The position numbers and the translations under genes were made by a program. A stretch of DNA of 64,000 nt from Candidatus Sysuimicrobiota bacterium (GTDB lineage: Bacteria > Sysuimicrobiota > Sysuimicrobiia > Sysuimicrobiales > Sysuimicrobiaceae), in the NCBI GenBank assembly GCA_040289515.1, contig PSLI01000005.1, positions 12,207-76,206 on the forward strand. The letters are read 5' to 3'. The notes below the pieces were generated by a model. The model saw only the letters and a program-made list of their open reading frames with translations, did not search any database and was not told the origin of the DNA. Below are positions 30,636-40,743 of this stretch, piece after piece (position 1 is the first letter of the stretch; every line of letters starts with the position of its first letter).

Positions 30636-31850
30636 CGTCACCTCCCAGCTCCCCAAGGAGATGCCCCAACCGGTCCCGCTTGGTCCGCAGGTACGCCACG
30701 TTCTCCGGACTCACCCCTACCATCAGAGGAATACGCTCGGTCACCGCCACCCCGGCCTGCTGCAAGGCCCGCACCTTCGCGGGGTTGTTGGTAAGCAGCC
30801 GCGCCCGCTCCACTCCCAGGGCCCGCAACATCTGCGCACCCACCGCGTGGTCCCGGGCATCCGGGGGAAACCCAGGGCCAGGTTGGCTTCCACCGTGTCG
30901 TAGCCCGCGTCCTGGAGGGCGTACGCCCGCACCTTGTTGGCCAGCCCGATGCCCCGCCCCTCCTGCCGTAGGTAGACCACCACCCCGCAGCCCTCCTGCG
31001 CCACCCGCCGCATGGCCTCCTCCAGCTGCGCCGCGCAGTCGCACCGCCGCGACCCGAACGCCTCGCCCGTGAGGCACTGGGAGTGCATCCGCACCAGCAC
31101 GGGATCCGGGCCCGCCACCTCCCCCAGCACCAGGGCCAGGTGCACGCGGTCGGTGAACCGGTGCCGGAAGGCCACCAGGCGCCAGGTGACCCCGCGGGCG
31201 GGTAGGTACGTCTCCTCTACCACCTCCACCACCGTCTCGCGCTCCAGCCGCCAGCGCACCAGGTCCGCCACCCGCAGCATCCCCACGCGCAGCCTGCGGC
31301 ACAGAGCTGCCAGCTCGGGCAGCCGCGCCATGTGGCCGTCGGGGGCCAGCACCTCGCAGATGGCCGCCACCGGCGGTAGCCCCGCCCGCTGTACCAGCTC
31401 CACCGCGGCTTCCGTGTGCCCGGGCCGCTCCAGGACACCACCCTCTCGGGCCACGAGGGGGAACACGTGTCCAGGGCGGTCCAGGTCCTCCGGCCGGGTG
31501 GCAGGATCCGCCAGGGCCCGCAGGGTCGCAGCCCGGTCGAAGGCGGAAATGCCGCTACCGGCCCCCTTTCGGGCGCTCACGGACACGGTGAAGGCCGTGC
31601 CGAAGCGGCTGGTGTTGCGAGCGGTCATGAAGGGCAGCTCTAGTTCCCGGGCCCGCTGCGCGGTGAGGGGTGCACACAGCAGCCCCCCACCCTCGCGGAT
31701 CATGAGGTTCACCGCCTGCGGGGTAGCGTGGCACGCGGCCAGCACAAAGTCACCCTCGTTCTCGCGCTGCTCGTCGTCCAGCACCACCACCAGCTCCCCC
31801 CGCGCCAACCGACGCACCGCTTCCTCCACGGAGATCCAGGGAACGTTCAC
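30616..31850 (-). CDS. ribBA: Bifunctional DHBP synthase/GTP cyclohydrolase II; frameshift at ~30865
   Basis: [39 protein letters not shown]; the tail [26 protein letters not shown] is in the -1 frame. Confidence 0.9.
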
Positions 31851-32431
31851 CGCCGCAGCCCCCCTGCCAGCCGCTCCACGTACTTGGCCAGCACGTCCAC
31901 CTCCAGGTTCACCGGGTCGCCCACACCCCGCTGCCCCAGGGTCGTGGCCTGGAGTGTCTTCGGGATCAGACACACGAGGAAGCTGCCGGACTTCACGCCC
32001 GCCACCGCGAGGCTCACCCCGTCCACCGACACCGATCCCCGCTCCACCAGGTACCGCATCACCTTCGGAGGTGCCGCCACCTCCATCCACCGCGCCTGCC
32101 GCTCCGGTCGCACCGCCCTCACGCAGCCAACGGCGTCCACGTGTCCCTGCACCAGGTGGCCACCCAGGGGCTGCCCGAGCCTCAGCGGCCGCTCCAGGTT
32201 CACAAAGTCCCCGGGCTTCCGGACGCCGAGGGTGGTGCGCTGGAGGGTCGCAGGGCCCAGGTCGGCCTCAAAATACGCCCGGCCCACCCACACCGCGGTC
32301 AGGCACACCCCGTCCACAGCCACGCTGTGGCCCTCCTGCAGGCCGCGGACCACCCGCCGGGCCTGCACGCGCAGGCGGCCGCCTCGCAGCCAAGCCACCC
32401 GGCCCACCTCCTCCACGATCCCGGTGAACAT
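31847..32431 (-). CDS. ribE: Riboflavin synthase
   Basis: [24 protein letters not shown]. Confidence 0.96.
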   Translation of the reverse strand: MFTGIVEEVGRVAWLRGGRLRVQARRVVRGLQEGHSVAVDGVCLTAVWVGRAYFEADLGPATLQRTTLGVRKPGDFVNLERPLRLGQPLGGHLVQGHVDAVGCVRAVRPERQARWMEVAAPPKVMRYLVERGSVSVDGVSLAVAGVKSGSFLVCLIPKTLQATTLGQRGVGDPVNLEVDVLAKYVERLAGGLRR

Positions 32432-33414
32432 CAGCCGTCCCCGCGCAGACGGCCGCGCACCTCCGCCACGAAGGCCACCACGCGGTCCACCAGGCCAGTA
32501 CAGAAAAGCGAGGCGTGCAGCTCGGCACCCCCCTCCGCCAGCACGCTCAGCACCCCGCGCTCGGCCAGCCGGCGCAGCACGTCCTGAAGGGAAACCCGCT
32601 CGCCTTGGGCCTCACACACCCACACCTCCGCGCCCGCGCGCTGCAGCTGGTCCTTCCGCTCCGGGGCCGCATGGGGGGTCGTGGCCACCACGACCTTCGA
32701 GGACCCCTGCCGCAGCATCCGGGCGTTAGGCGGAAGATGCAACTGGCTATCGACCACCACCCGCAGGGGGTCCCGGCCACCCGGGATCCGGCACGTGAGG
32801 GCGGGGTCGTCCCGTAGGGCGGTACCGCAGCCTACCAGGACAGCATCGTGCTGGTCCCGCAGACGGTGCGCGAACTCCCGGGCTGATGTGCCTGTAATCC
32901 ACCGCGCCTGTCCCGCGCGGGTGGCCATACGGCCGTCCGCGGACATGGCCCACTTGGCGGTCACCCACGGCAGACCTGTCGACCGGTGCTTCACGTAGGC
33001 GGCGTTGAGCTGCCGTCCTTCCTCCTCCAGGACGCCCAGCGTTACCTCCACCCCGGCCTCCCGGAGGCGGCGGATTCCGCGGCCGCCCACCCTGGGGTCT
33101 GGGTCCCCCATGGCCACCACCACCCGTTGGATCCCCGCAGCAAGGATGGCCTCGGTACACGGGGGTGTGCGGCTGTGGTGGTTGCAGGGCTCCAGATTCA
33201 CGTACAGGGTGGCGCCTTGGGCCTGCGGACCTGCGCGCTCCAGGGCCATGGCTTCCGCGTGCGGGTAACCCGCGGCCTGGTGGTAACCCCACCCGGCCTC
33301 CGTGCCGTCCCGCACCACCACCGCGCCCACCATGGGGTTGGGGCTGGTGCGCCCCTGGCCCATGGAGGCAAGTTGCAGGGCCCGTCGCATCCAGAAGGCG
33401 TCCTGCAAACGCAT
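32431..33414 (-). CDS. ribD: Bifunctional deaminase/reductase RibD (C-terminus looks shortened)
   Basis: PNPMVG, HAE, LEPCNH..PPC, EGG. Confidence 0.93.
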   Translation of the reverse strand: MRLQDAFWMRRALQLASMGQGRTSPNPMVGAVVVRDGTEAGWGYHQAAGYPHAEAMALERAGPQAQGATLYVNLEPCNHHSRTPPCTEAILAAGIQRVVVAMGDPDPRVGGRGIRRLREAGVEVTLGVLEEEGRQLNAAYVKHRSTGLPWVTAKWAMSADGRMATRAGQARWITGTSAREFAHRLRDQHDAVLVGCGTALRDDPALTCRIPGGRDPLRVVVDSQLHLPPNARMLRQGSSKVVVATTPHAAPERKDQLQRAGAEVWVCEAQGERVSLQDVLRRLAERGVLSVLAEGGAELHASLFCTGLVDRVVAFVAEVRGRLRGDG

Positions 33415-33441
33415 GCGCCCGGAGGTAGAACCTCCGGGCGC
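33415..33441 (-). promoter_or_regulatory. SD-sequestering hairpin (FMN riboswitch expression platform)
   Basis: GCGCCCGGAGG-TTCTA-CCTCCGGGCGC immediately before the ribD ATG. Confidence 0.75.
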
Positions 33442-33529
33442 CGCTTAACGCAAGGCCGCTGGCGGATCCCGAACCCGTGGTCCGGGCCGTCGGTGACAAG
33501 GGCGCCTGCACTACCGGAAGCGCCCCGGC

Positions 33530-33705
33530 GACCTTCTCCCATCCGGACTGTACCGTCGGCCCCGGACTGGGCTCCTCTAAGCCTCCACCGGAGTCCACCG
33601 CGCCGCAGACCGTACGCGGGTCGCGGGCTCGCACCGGCCCTGCCGGTGCCCACCGCCGGTCGGGAATCGGGGACCGTACAGCCCCCTCACCCTGCCCCGA
33701 AGGTC
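33530..33705 (-). ncRNA. FMN riboswitch (RFN element)
   Basis: CTTCGGGGCAGGGTGA..ATTCCCGACCGGCGGT..AGCCCGCGA..CCGGTG..CCGACGGTACAGTCCGGATGGGAGAAG upstream of the rib operon; TATAAT at 33724-33719. Confidence 0.96.
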
Positions 33706-33815
33706 CTACCGCGGCCTCATTATACTAGTTCGCACGTTTCAAGGCGCAACGTTCGAAAATGCCGACCCTTTCCCCTGGCCACGCTTCGCCGTGAAAACTT
33801 TTGGCCGCGGACCGG

Positions 33816-33844
33816 TTGACAGCCGCAGCCTACATTGCTATCTA
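33816..33844 (+). promoter_or_regulatory. Promoter of riboswitch-gltB
   Basis: TTGACA-17-TATCTA with extended TG. Confidence 0.65.
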
Positions 33845-33865
33845 ACAAACAAACGAAATCGCTCG

Positions 33866-33987
33866 TGAGGGAGTGCGCCTAGGGTTCCGCGGCCTGCACC
33901 CACCAGGCCGGTCTGGGCCAAGCGGCGCAGGCGGGAGATCTGGCCCGCTACACCGTCGGGACAAAAGCCCGAGGGGGAGGTTCCTCA
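33866..33987 (+). ncRNA. ykkC-motif riboswitch, subtype 2, probably ppGpp-sensing
   Basis: CCTAGGGTTCCG..GGGCCAAGCGG..ACACCGTCGGGACAAAAGCCCGAGGGG; extra closing stem TGAGGGA/TTCCTCA; upstream of glutamate synthase. Confidence 0.88.
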
Positions 33988-34020
33988 GGCAGAGGCCCCC
34001 TCGGGCTTCGGGTTATTTTT
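33965..34020 (+). terminator. Riboswitch terminator overlapping the aptamer 3' end
   Basis: AAGCCCGAGGGGG/CCCCCTCGGGCTT stem followed by GGGTTATTTTT. Confidence 0.8.
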
Positions 34021-34049
34021 CCGAAATTTACTAGGAGGGAGCCGGGACC

Positions 34050-37000
34050 GTGACGTCTTTGGCGGCGTTTCCGGAGCGCGACGCGTGCGGGGTGGGGTTC
34101 GTAGCGCGGCTGGACGGAGTCCCCTCCCACGCGGTGCTCCAGGCCGCACTGCGCGCTCTGCGCAACCTGGCCCACCGGGGAGCCCAGGCGGCGGACGGCC
34201 GCACGGGGGACGGAGCGGGCATCCTCACCGAGATTCCGCACGGGCTGTTTGCCCGCGTTCTGCGGGAAATGGGCTACCGTGGCGACGAGGGGCCCCTGGT
34301 CGTGGGAATGTTCTTCTTCCCCACCGCGGAGGACCGCTACCGGGCCTGCCGGGAGGCGTGTGACGCGGAGTTCGCCCGCGCAGGCCTGCGGCTGCTGGGA
34401 TGGCGGACGCCCCCGGTGCAGCCTAAGGCCCTGGGCGAATACGCCCTGCGCACCCTGCCCCGCATCCAGCAAGCCCTGCTGACCCCGCTGGTGGAGTGGG
34501 AGCCCGAGGCGCTGGAACGGCACCTGTACCTGGTTCGGCGCCGCATCGAGAAGCGCACAGCATCCCTGGGACTGTACATCCCTTCCCTATCCTGCCGGAC
34601 GGTGGTGTACAAAGCCCTGGTCTCCGCCCCGCAGCTGGAGCGCTTCTACCTGGACCTTCAGGATCAGGACTTCGCGGTGCGGGCTGCAGTGTTCCACCAG
34701 CGCTACAGCACCAACACCCACCCCTCCTGGCAGCTGGCGCAGCCCTTCCGCTTGGTGGCCCACAACGGTGAGATCAACACGCTGCTGGGGAACGTGAACT
34801 GGATGCGGGCCCGGGAGGGCGACCTGCGCAGCAGCGTGTGGGAGGACCGGCTGCAGGAGCTGCTCCCCGTGATCCAGGACGGGGGCAGCGACAGCGCCAT
34901 GCTGGACAATGTGCTGGAGCTGGTGCGCCGCAGCGGCCGTGACCTTCCCCACGCGGTGCGGATGTTGGTGCCCGAGGCGTGGGAGGGCGCCTGGAACCTG
35001 GACGCGGCCGTGCGGGCCTTCTATCGCTACCACGCGTGCCTTGCCGAACCGTGGGACGGGCCGGCGGCGTTGGCCTTCTTCGATGGCCGCACGGTGGGGA
35101 TGGCCCTGGACCGCAACGGCCTGCGTCCAGCCCGGTATACCGTCACCCACGAAGGCCTGGTGGTGGCCGGCTCCGAGGTGGGCGTCCTGCCCATCCCGCC
35201 CGGACGGGTCCTGGAGAAGGGCCGGCTGGGTCCGGGAGAGATGGTGGTGGTGGACCTGGAGGAGCGGCGTTTCCTGCACCACCCCGAGATCCTCCAGCGT
35301 CTGTCCCGGCGCCGTCCGTACGTCAAGTGGGTGGAGCGCCTGGTGCGGGTGGAGCCTAAGCCGAAGTCCTGTTCCCCGGAGGAGCGGGTGGACCTGCTGC
35401 ACCTGGCGTTCGGCTACACGAAGGAGGACCTGCAGCGGGTGCTACAAGCCATGGCGGCGGAGGGCAAGGACCCCGTGGGCTCCATGGGCGACGACACCCC
35501 TCCCTCGGCCCTGTCCAGCCAGCCACGGCTGCTGTACCAGTTCTTCCGCCAGCGGTTCGCTCAGGTCACCAACCCGCCCATCGATCCCTTGCGGGAGCGG
35601 GTGGTGATGTCCCTGGAGGTGCGGCTGGGGGCTCGCCGTTCCTTCCTGGAGGAAGGGCCGGAGCACGCGGATCTGGTGGAGCTAGCCAGCCCCGTGCTGC
35701 CGGACCTGGACTGGCTGGAGGAGGTTCCCCTGCAGCCCAAGCTTCTGGACGCTACCTTCGAAGCGGAACGGGGCGCGCACGGGCTAGAGGAGGCTTTGGA
35801 CCACCTGTGCCGCCAGGCCGAGGAAGCGGTGCGCGCGGGCTGCACCGCCCTGGTTCTCAGCGACCGCCGGGTGAACCGCGAGCGGGCGCCCATCCCGGCC
35901 CTGCTGGCCACCGCGGCGGTGCACCACCACCTGATCCGCCGAGGCCTGCGCCTGCGGACCGCGTTGCTGGTGGAAACCGGAGAGGCCCGGGAGGTGCATC
36001 ACGTGGCCTGCCTGGTGGGCTACGGTGCCGAGGGGGTCTACCCTTACCTAGCGCTCGCCACCGCCCAACGCCTGTCCAGTCAGGGTGCCGGCAACCTCAA
36101 GAAGGCTCTTGAAGCCGGGCTGCTCAAGGTCATGGCCAAGATGGGCATCGCCCCCCTGCAGGCTTACTGCGGGGCGCAGATCTTCGAGACCATCGGGCTC
36201 GAGCAGAGCCTGGTGGATCGCTACTTTCCGGGCACCCCCAACCACGTGCCGGGCGTTGGGCTGGCGGCCCTGGCGCGGGACGTGCTGGAGCGGCACGCCG
36301 CCTACCGCCGGGCCCTGGCGGGCGAACCCGCCACGGTGCCGGACCTCGGGTTTTACCGGTACCGGCACGGGGGCGAGCAGCACGGGTTCGAGCCGGACGT
36401 GGTAAAAGCTATCCACCGGGTGAGCTTGAACGGTCCCGCAGCGTACCCTGATCTTGCGGAGCTGGTGAGCGCCCGGCCTCCGCAGGCCCTGCGGGACCTG
36501 CTGGAGATCCAGCCCGCGGGGCCTCCGGTTCCCCTGGAGGAGGTGGAGCCCGCGGAGCGCATCCTCCGCCGGTTCGTCATCTCCGCCATGTCCCACGGGG
36601 CTCTGTCCCGGGAGGCCCACGAGACGCTGGCCATCGCCGCCAACCGCCTGGGCATGCGCTGCAACAGTGGGGAGGGCGGCGAGGACCCTGCCCGCCGCCA
36701 GGTGCGGCCCAACGGCGACTGGCCCAACACCACCATCAAGCAGGTGGCCTCCGGCCGGTTCGGCGTCACCGCGGGCTACCTGCGCTCTGCGGTGGAGCTG
36801 GAGATCAAGATGGCGCAGGGCAGCAAGCCGGGGGAGGGTGGTCAGCTGCTGGGGCACAAGGTGACCGAAGAGATCGCGCGGCTGCGCAAGACCCAGCCGG
36901 GTACCGCCCTCATCTCGCCCCCGCCCCACCACGACATCTACAGCATCGAGGACCTGGCGCAGCTCATCTACGATCTCAAGCAGGTGCACCCCACCGCGCA

Positions 37001-38453
37001 CGTGGCGGTGAAGCTGGTGGCCACCACCGGGGTTGGCACCATCGCCTCCGGCGTGGCCAAGGGTTTCGCGGACGTGGTGCAGATCAGCGGTCACGAGGGC
37101 GGCACCGGTGCTTCCCCCCTGGACTCCATCAAGAACGCAGGGCTGCCCTGGGAGGTGGGGTTGAGCGAGGTCCGCCGAGCGTTGAGCGCCAACGGCCTGC
37201 GGGGTCGGGTGCGGATCCGGGTGGACGGCGGGTTCAAGGTGGGCCGGGACGTGGTGCTGGCAGCCCTACTGGGGGCGGACGAGTTTGGGTTTGGCACCGC
37301 GGCCCTGGTGGCCCTGGGCTGCGTCATGGCCCGGCAGTGCCACAACAACACCTGCCCCGTGGGCATCGCCACCCAGCGGGAGGACCTGCGCAGCAAGTTC
37401 CCGGGTACGCCCGAGCGGGTGGAGGCGTACTTCCGGGCCCTGGCGGAGGACGTGCGGCGACAGCTGGCCCAGATGGGTGCGCGCTCCCTGGAGGAGATCA
37501 TCGGGCGCGTGGACCTCCTCCGGGTTCGGGACGACGTGCGCCTGAACCGCGCCGAGCAGCTGGACCTGTCCGAGCTTTTACAGCCCGCACACGGCCAGAC
37601 CCGAGGCAGCTTTGCGGCCCCCCTGCCCGTGGAGGGTCCGTTGAACCGGCTGCTGGTGGAGCAGTACCGGCAGACCATCGAGCACGGCGTGCCCGCGGAG
37701 GGACACCACCCCATCACGAACCGGGACCGCACCGTGGGCGCCACCCTGGCGGGCGAGATCGCGCAGCGGTGGGGTGACGCGGGCCTGCCGGAGGGCACCC
37801 TCCGCCTCACCTTCGAGGGGGAAGCCGGCCAGAGCTTCGGGGCCTTCTGCATGCCGGGCATGCAGCTGCGCCTGGTGGGCGAGGCCAACGACTACGCGGG
37901 CAAGGGGATGTCGGGGGGTGAGATCGTCCTGGTGCCGCCGCCTCCGTTGCACCGGGACAGCTGGCGGCACGTCATCGTGGGCAACACGGTGCTGTACGGA
38001 GCCACCGGCGGGGTGTTCTTCGCCGCCGGCCGGGCTGGGGAGCGGTTCGCAGTGCGCAACAGCGGCGCGGTGGCGGTGGTGGAGGGCGCGGGAGACCACT
38101 GCTGCGAGTACATGACCGGCGGTGTGGTGGTGGTCCTGGGTCCCGTGGGCCGCAACGTCGGTGCGGGCATGACGGGCGGGCGCGCCTACGTGCTGGACGA
38201 GGCGGGCGTGCTGGATCGCCAGATCAACGCCGACTCTGTACAGACCGCGCCCCTGTCCGAGCCGGAGGCGGAAGAGCTGCGGGCGCTTTTGGTGGGCTAC
38301 CACGAGGCCACGGGAAGCCACCGGGCCCAGCTGCTCCTGCGGCGGTGGCCGCGCGTGGTGCACCAGTTCCGGGCGGTGCGGCCGCGCTCCGCGGCGGAAG
38401 TCCCCGTGCAGGTGCCCGCCCGAAGCACCGGTGCAGCCCGCCGGGCCCGTTGA
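34050..38453 (+). CDS. gltB: Glutamate synthase large subunit
   Basis: ERDACGVGF, HQRYSTNT, HNGEINT, KQVASGRFGV, QGSKPGEGGQL, CVMARQCHNNTCP. Confidence 0.98.
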   Translation: MTSLAAFPERDACGVGFVARLDGVPSHAVLQAALRALRNLAHRGAQAADGRTGDGAGILTEIPHGLFARVLREMGYRGDEGPLVVGMFFFPTAEDRYRACREACDAEFARAGLRLLGWRTPPVQPKALGEYALRTLPRIQQALLTPLVEWEPEALERHLYLVRRRIEKRTASLGLYIPSLSCRTVVYKALVSAPQLERFYLDLQDQDFAVRAAVFHQRYSTNTHPSWQLAQPFRLVAHNGEINTLLGNVNWMRAREGDLRSSVWEDRLQELLPVIQDGGSDSAMLDNVLELVRRSGRDLPHAVRMLVPEAWEGAWNLDAAVRAFYRYHACLAEPWDGPAALAFFDGRTVGMALDRNGLRPARYTVTHEGLVVAGSEVGVLPIPPGRVLEKGRLGPGEMVVVDLEERRFLHHPEILQRLSRRRPYVKWVERLVRVEPKPKSCSPEERVDLLHLAFGYTKEDLQRVLQAMAAEGKDPVGSMGDDTPPSALSSQPRLLYQFFRQRFAQVTNPPIDPLRERVVMSLEVRLGARRSFLEEGPEHADLVELASPVLPDLDWLEEVPLQPKLLDATFEAERGAHGLEEALDHLCRQAEEAVRAGCTALVLSDRRVNRERAPIPALLATAAVHHHLIRRGLRLRTALLVETGEAREVHHVACLVGYGAEGVYPYLALATAQRLSSQGAGNLKKALEAGLLKVMAKMGIAPLQAYCGAQIFETIGLEQSLVDRYFPGTPNHVPGVGLAALARDVLERHAAYRRALAGEPATVPDLGFYRYRHGGEQHGFEPDVVKAIHRVSLNGPAAYPDLAELVSARPPQALRDLLEIQPAGPPVPLEEVEPAERILRRFVISAMSHGALSREAHETLAIAANRLGMRCNSGEGGEDPARRQVRPNGDWPNTTIKQVASGRFGVTAGYLRSAVELEIKMAQGSKPGEGGQLLGHKVTEEIARLRKTQPGTALISPPPHHDIYSIEDLAQLIYDLKQVHPTAHVAVKLVATTGVGTIASGVAKGFADVVQISGHEGGTGASPLDSIKNAGLPWEVGLSEVRRALSANGLRGRVRIRVDGGFKVGRDVVLAALLGADEFGFGTAALVALGCVMARQCHNNTCPVGIATQREDLRSKFPGTPERVEAYFRALAEDVRRQLAQMGARSLEEIIGRVDLLRVRDDVRLNRAEQLDLSELLQPAHGQTRGSFAAPLPVEGPLNRLLVEQYRQTIEHGVPAEGHHPITNRDRTVGATLAGEIAQRWGDAGLPEGTLRLTFEGEAGQSFGAFCMPGMQLRLVGEANDYAGKGMSGGEIVLVPPPPLHRDSWRHVIVGNTVLYGATGGVFFAAGRAGERFAVRNSGAVAVVEGAGDHCCEYMTGGVVVVLGPVGRNVGAGMTGGRAYVLDEAGVLDRQINADSVQTAPLSEPEAEELRALLVGYHEATGSHRAQLLLRRWPRVVHQFRAVRPRSAAEVPVQVPARSTGAARRAR

Positions 38454-38580
38454 CACGGGCCCGCGGGCGGGTTACCCTCAGCTCGAAACCTGAAGCCGCG
38501 CCAGGACGCCGGCCCGACAGCCGGCGTCTCCTTTTTCGGAGGCCAAGACGCCCCGACCGGCCGGGCGCTGCTCTTTTTTC
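38450..38580 (+). promoter_or_regulatory. Promoter and leader with two terminators, each overlapped by a CRNGAC-loop hairpin
   Basis: TTGACA-17-TACCCT; terminators 38505-38536 and ~38549-38579. Confidence 0.75.
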
Positions 38581-38601
38581 AAACAGGCAAGGGGGTCCAG
38601 C

Positions 38602-39189
38602 GTGAGCAAGCGGATCGTGATCGCCGAGGACGAGGCGGTGGTCCGCATGGGGGTGCGGGCCATCCTGGAGGCGGCGGGCTACCGGGTGGCAGGAGAGGCG
38701 GCCAACGGCGAGGAGTGCCTGGAGCTGGTGCGCTCCTGCGACCCCGACCTCGTGATCCTGGACGTGCGCATGTCCCCGCCGGACGGCATCGAGGTGGCCC
38801 GTCGGCTGCGGGAGACGTCCCCACGGCCGGTGGTGTTCCTCACCGCCTTCAGCGACCGGCAGCTGCTGGAGGCCGCCGCGGAAGCCGGAGCCTACGGATA
38901 CGTGGTAAAGCCCGTGGTGGGCGCAGAGCTGCTGGCGGCCGTGGAGCTGGCCTGGGCCCGCTGGCGCGACCTGCAGGAGGCCCGGGAGGCCCTGCAGACC
39001 CGCAAGCTGGTGGAGCGGGCCAAGGGCGTGCTGATGCGGCGGCTGGGGCTCGGGGAGGAGGAAGCGTACCGCCTGCTGCAGCGCCGCAGCCGTAACCTGC
39101 GGCGCCCCATGCGGGAGGTGGCGCAGGCGGTCCTGGTGCAGGAGGAGATCGTCTCGCAGTCCTCCAAGCCAAAGCCGAAACCCCGTTGA
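38602..39189 (+). CDS. REC-ANTAR response regulator (NitR-like context)
   Basis: AEDE, LDVRM, KP; RKLVERAKGVLM..EEEAYRLLQRRS. Confidence 0.94.
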   Translation: MSKRIVIAEDEAVVRMGVRAILEAAGYRVAGEAANGEECLELVRSCDPDLVILDVRMSPPDGIEVARRLRETSPRPVVFLTAFSDRQLLEAAAEAGAYGYVVKPVVGAELLAAVELAWARWRDLQEAREALQTRKLVERAKGVLMRRLGLGEEEAYRLLQRRSRNLRRPMREVAQAVLVQEEIVSQSSKPKPKPR

Positions 39190-39317
39190 CAACCGCCCGC
39201 GGGGTTGGTATAAGAACGGTAGGCTGGGCCGGGACGCCCGTGGGTGCGGACGTCCCGGCCCTTTGTGTTTCGCAGACACTTCGGGCCAGGACGCCCTCCC
39301 GGGCGTCCTGTGCTTTT
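39186..39317 (+). promoter_or_regulatory. amtB promoter and leader with two hairpin/terminator modules
   Basis: TTGACA-17-TATAAG; terminators 39226-39270 and 39287-39317. Confidence 0.8.
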
Positions 39318-39330
39318 CCGGGAGGGAGCG

Positions 39331-40694
39331 ATGCGTAGACTCGGCATCCTGGTTGGTGCTTTTGCCCTGCTGGCCTGCGCCCCCGCCGCCTGGGCCGCAG
39401 ACCCCGCGGGGCCGCTACCCTGAAGGCCAGCCCGTCCGCACCGGTGAACTTCACCTGGACCTTGGTGGCGGCTTTCCTGGTGTTCTTCATGCAGGCGGGG
39501 TTCGCCCTCTTGGGCGCGGGTCTTATTCGCTCCAAGAACACCGTCAACTACCTCACCAAGAGCTACATGGACTTCAGCATCGCGGCCCTCAGCTACTGGG
39601 CCTTCGGCTTCGCCCTCATGTTCGGCGGCAGCAAGCTGGCTAGCGGCCTGGAGTACGGGAACGCCTGGGTGGGGCTTTCGGGCTTCTTCCTGAGCGGCGC
39701 GGCCTACGACGTTACCACGACCCTGTATTGGTTCTTCCAGATGGTGTTCGCGGCCACCGCGGCCACCATCGTGGCGGGCGCCGTGGCGGAGCGCACCAAG
39801 ATCCAGGCATACCTGGCGTACAGCTTCATCGTGAGCGCCCTCATCTACCCGATCTACGGGCACTGGGTGTGGGGCGGGGGCTGGCTGGCCAACCTCCCCT
39901 TCGGGGCGGGGGCGAAGGACTTCGCGGGTTCCGGCGTGGTGCACACGGTGGGCGGTCTGCTGGGCCTGATGGGTGCCGCCATGGTGGGGCCCCGAATCGG
40001 CAAGTTCAACCCCGACGGAACCCCCAACCCCATCCCCGGCCACAACATGGTGTACGTGGTCACGGGCACCTTCATCCTGTTCTTCGGGTGGTTCGGCTTC
40101 AACCCGGGTAGCACCCTGGCCGCCACGGACCTGCGCATCTCCATCATCGCGGTGAACACCTTCCTGGCCGGTGCGGCGGGCGGCGTGGTGGCTTTGTACG
40201 CCACCCTGGCCCGCACGGGCAAGGCCGACATCGCCATGGCCTGCAACGGCGCCCTGGCGGGCCTGGTGGGCATCACGGCCCCCTGCGCCTACGTGGCCCC
40301 GTGGGCCGCGGTGGTGATCGGCGGCGTGGCGGCCCTGGTCATGATGTGGAGCCTCGGGTTTGTGGAGCGGGTGCTGAAGGTGGACGACCCCGTGGGCGCG
40401 GTATCCGTGCACGCCGCGGGTGGCCTGTGGGGGCTGCTGGCGGTGGGGATCTTCGCGGACGGTACTTACCAGAACGTCCGCGGCCTCATCGTGGGCGAGG
40501 TGGGCCAGCTGATCGCACAGCTGATCAGCATGGGTGCGGTGACCGTGTGGACCCTCGCCACCGGGTACCTGATGTTCGCCCTGCTCCGGGCCACCATCGG
40601 GCTGCGGGCCTCCCGGGAGGAGGAGTTGCAGGGCCTGGACATCCCCGAGCACGGAGTGCCCGCCTACGTCCTGGAGCCCGCGCCCGGGCTGTAG
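39331..40694 (+). CDS. amtB: Ammonium transporter; signal-peptide region frameshifted at ~39410
   Basis: FMQAGF, FQMVFA, HWVWGGG, DFAGSGVVH, GWFGFN, DDP..VH; ATG 39331 with SD encodes a signal peptide that joins the main frame if one G is added to the run 39408-39411. Confidence 0.95.
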
Positions 40695-40743
40695 GAGGAG
40701 AGGTTTGCACGGCCACACTTTCCGGAAAGGAGGTCGGAGGTCC

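Noticed and set aside
33866..33987. Guanidine-I riboswitch assignment
   Set aside because: The closing end-to-end stem and the gltB context fit subtype 2; no guanidine efflux or carboxylase genes follow.
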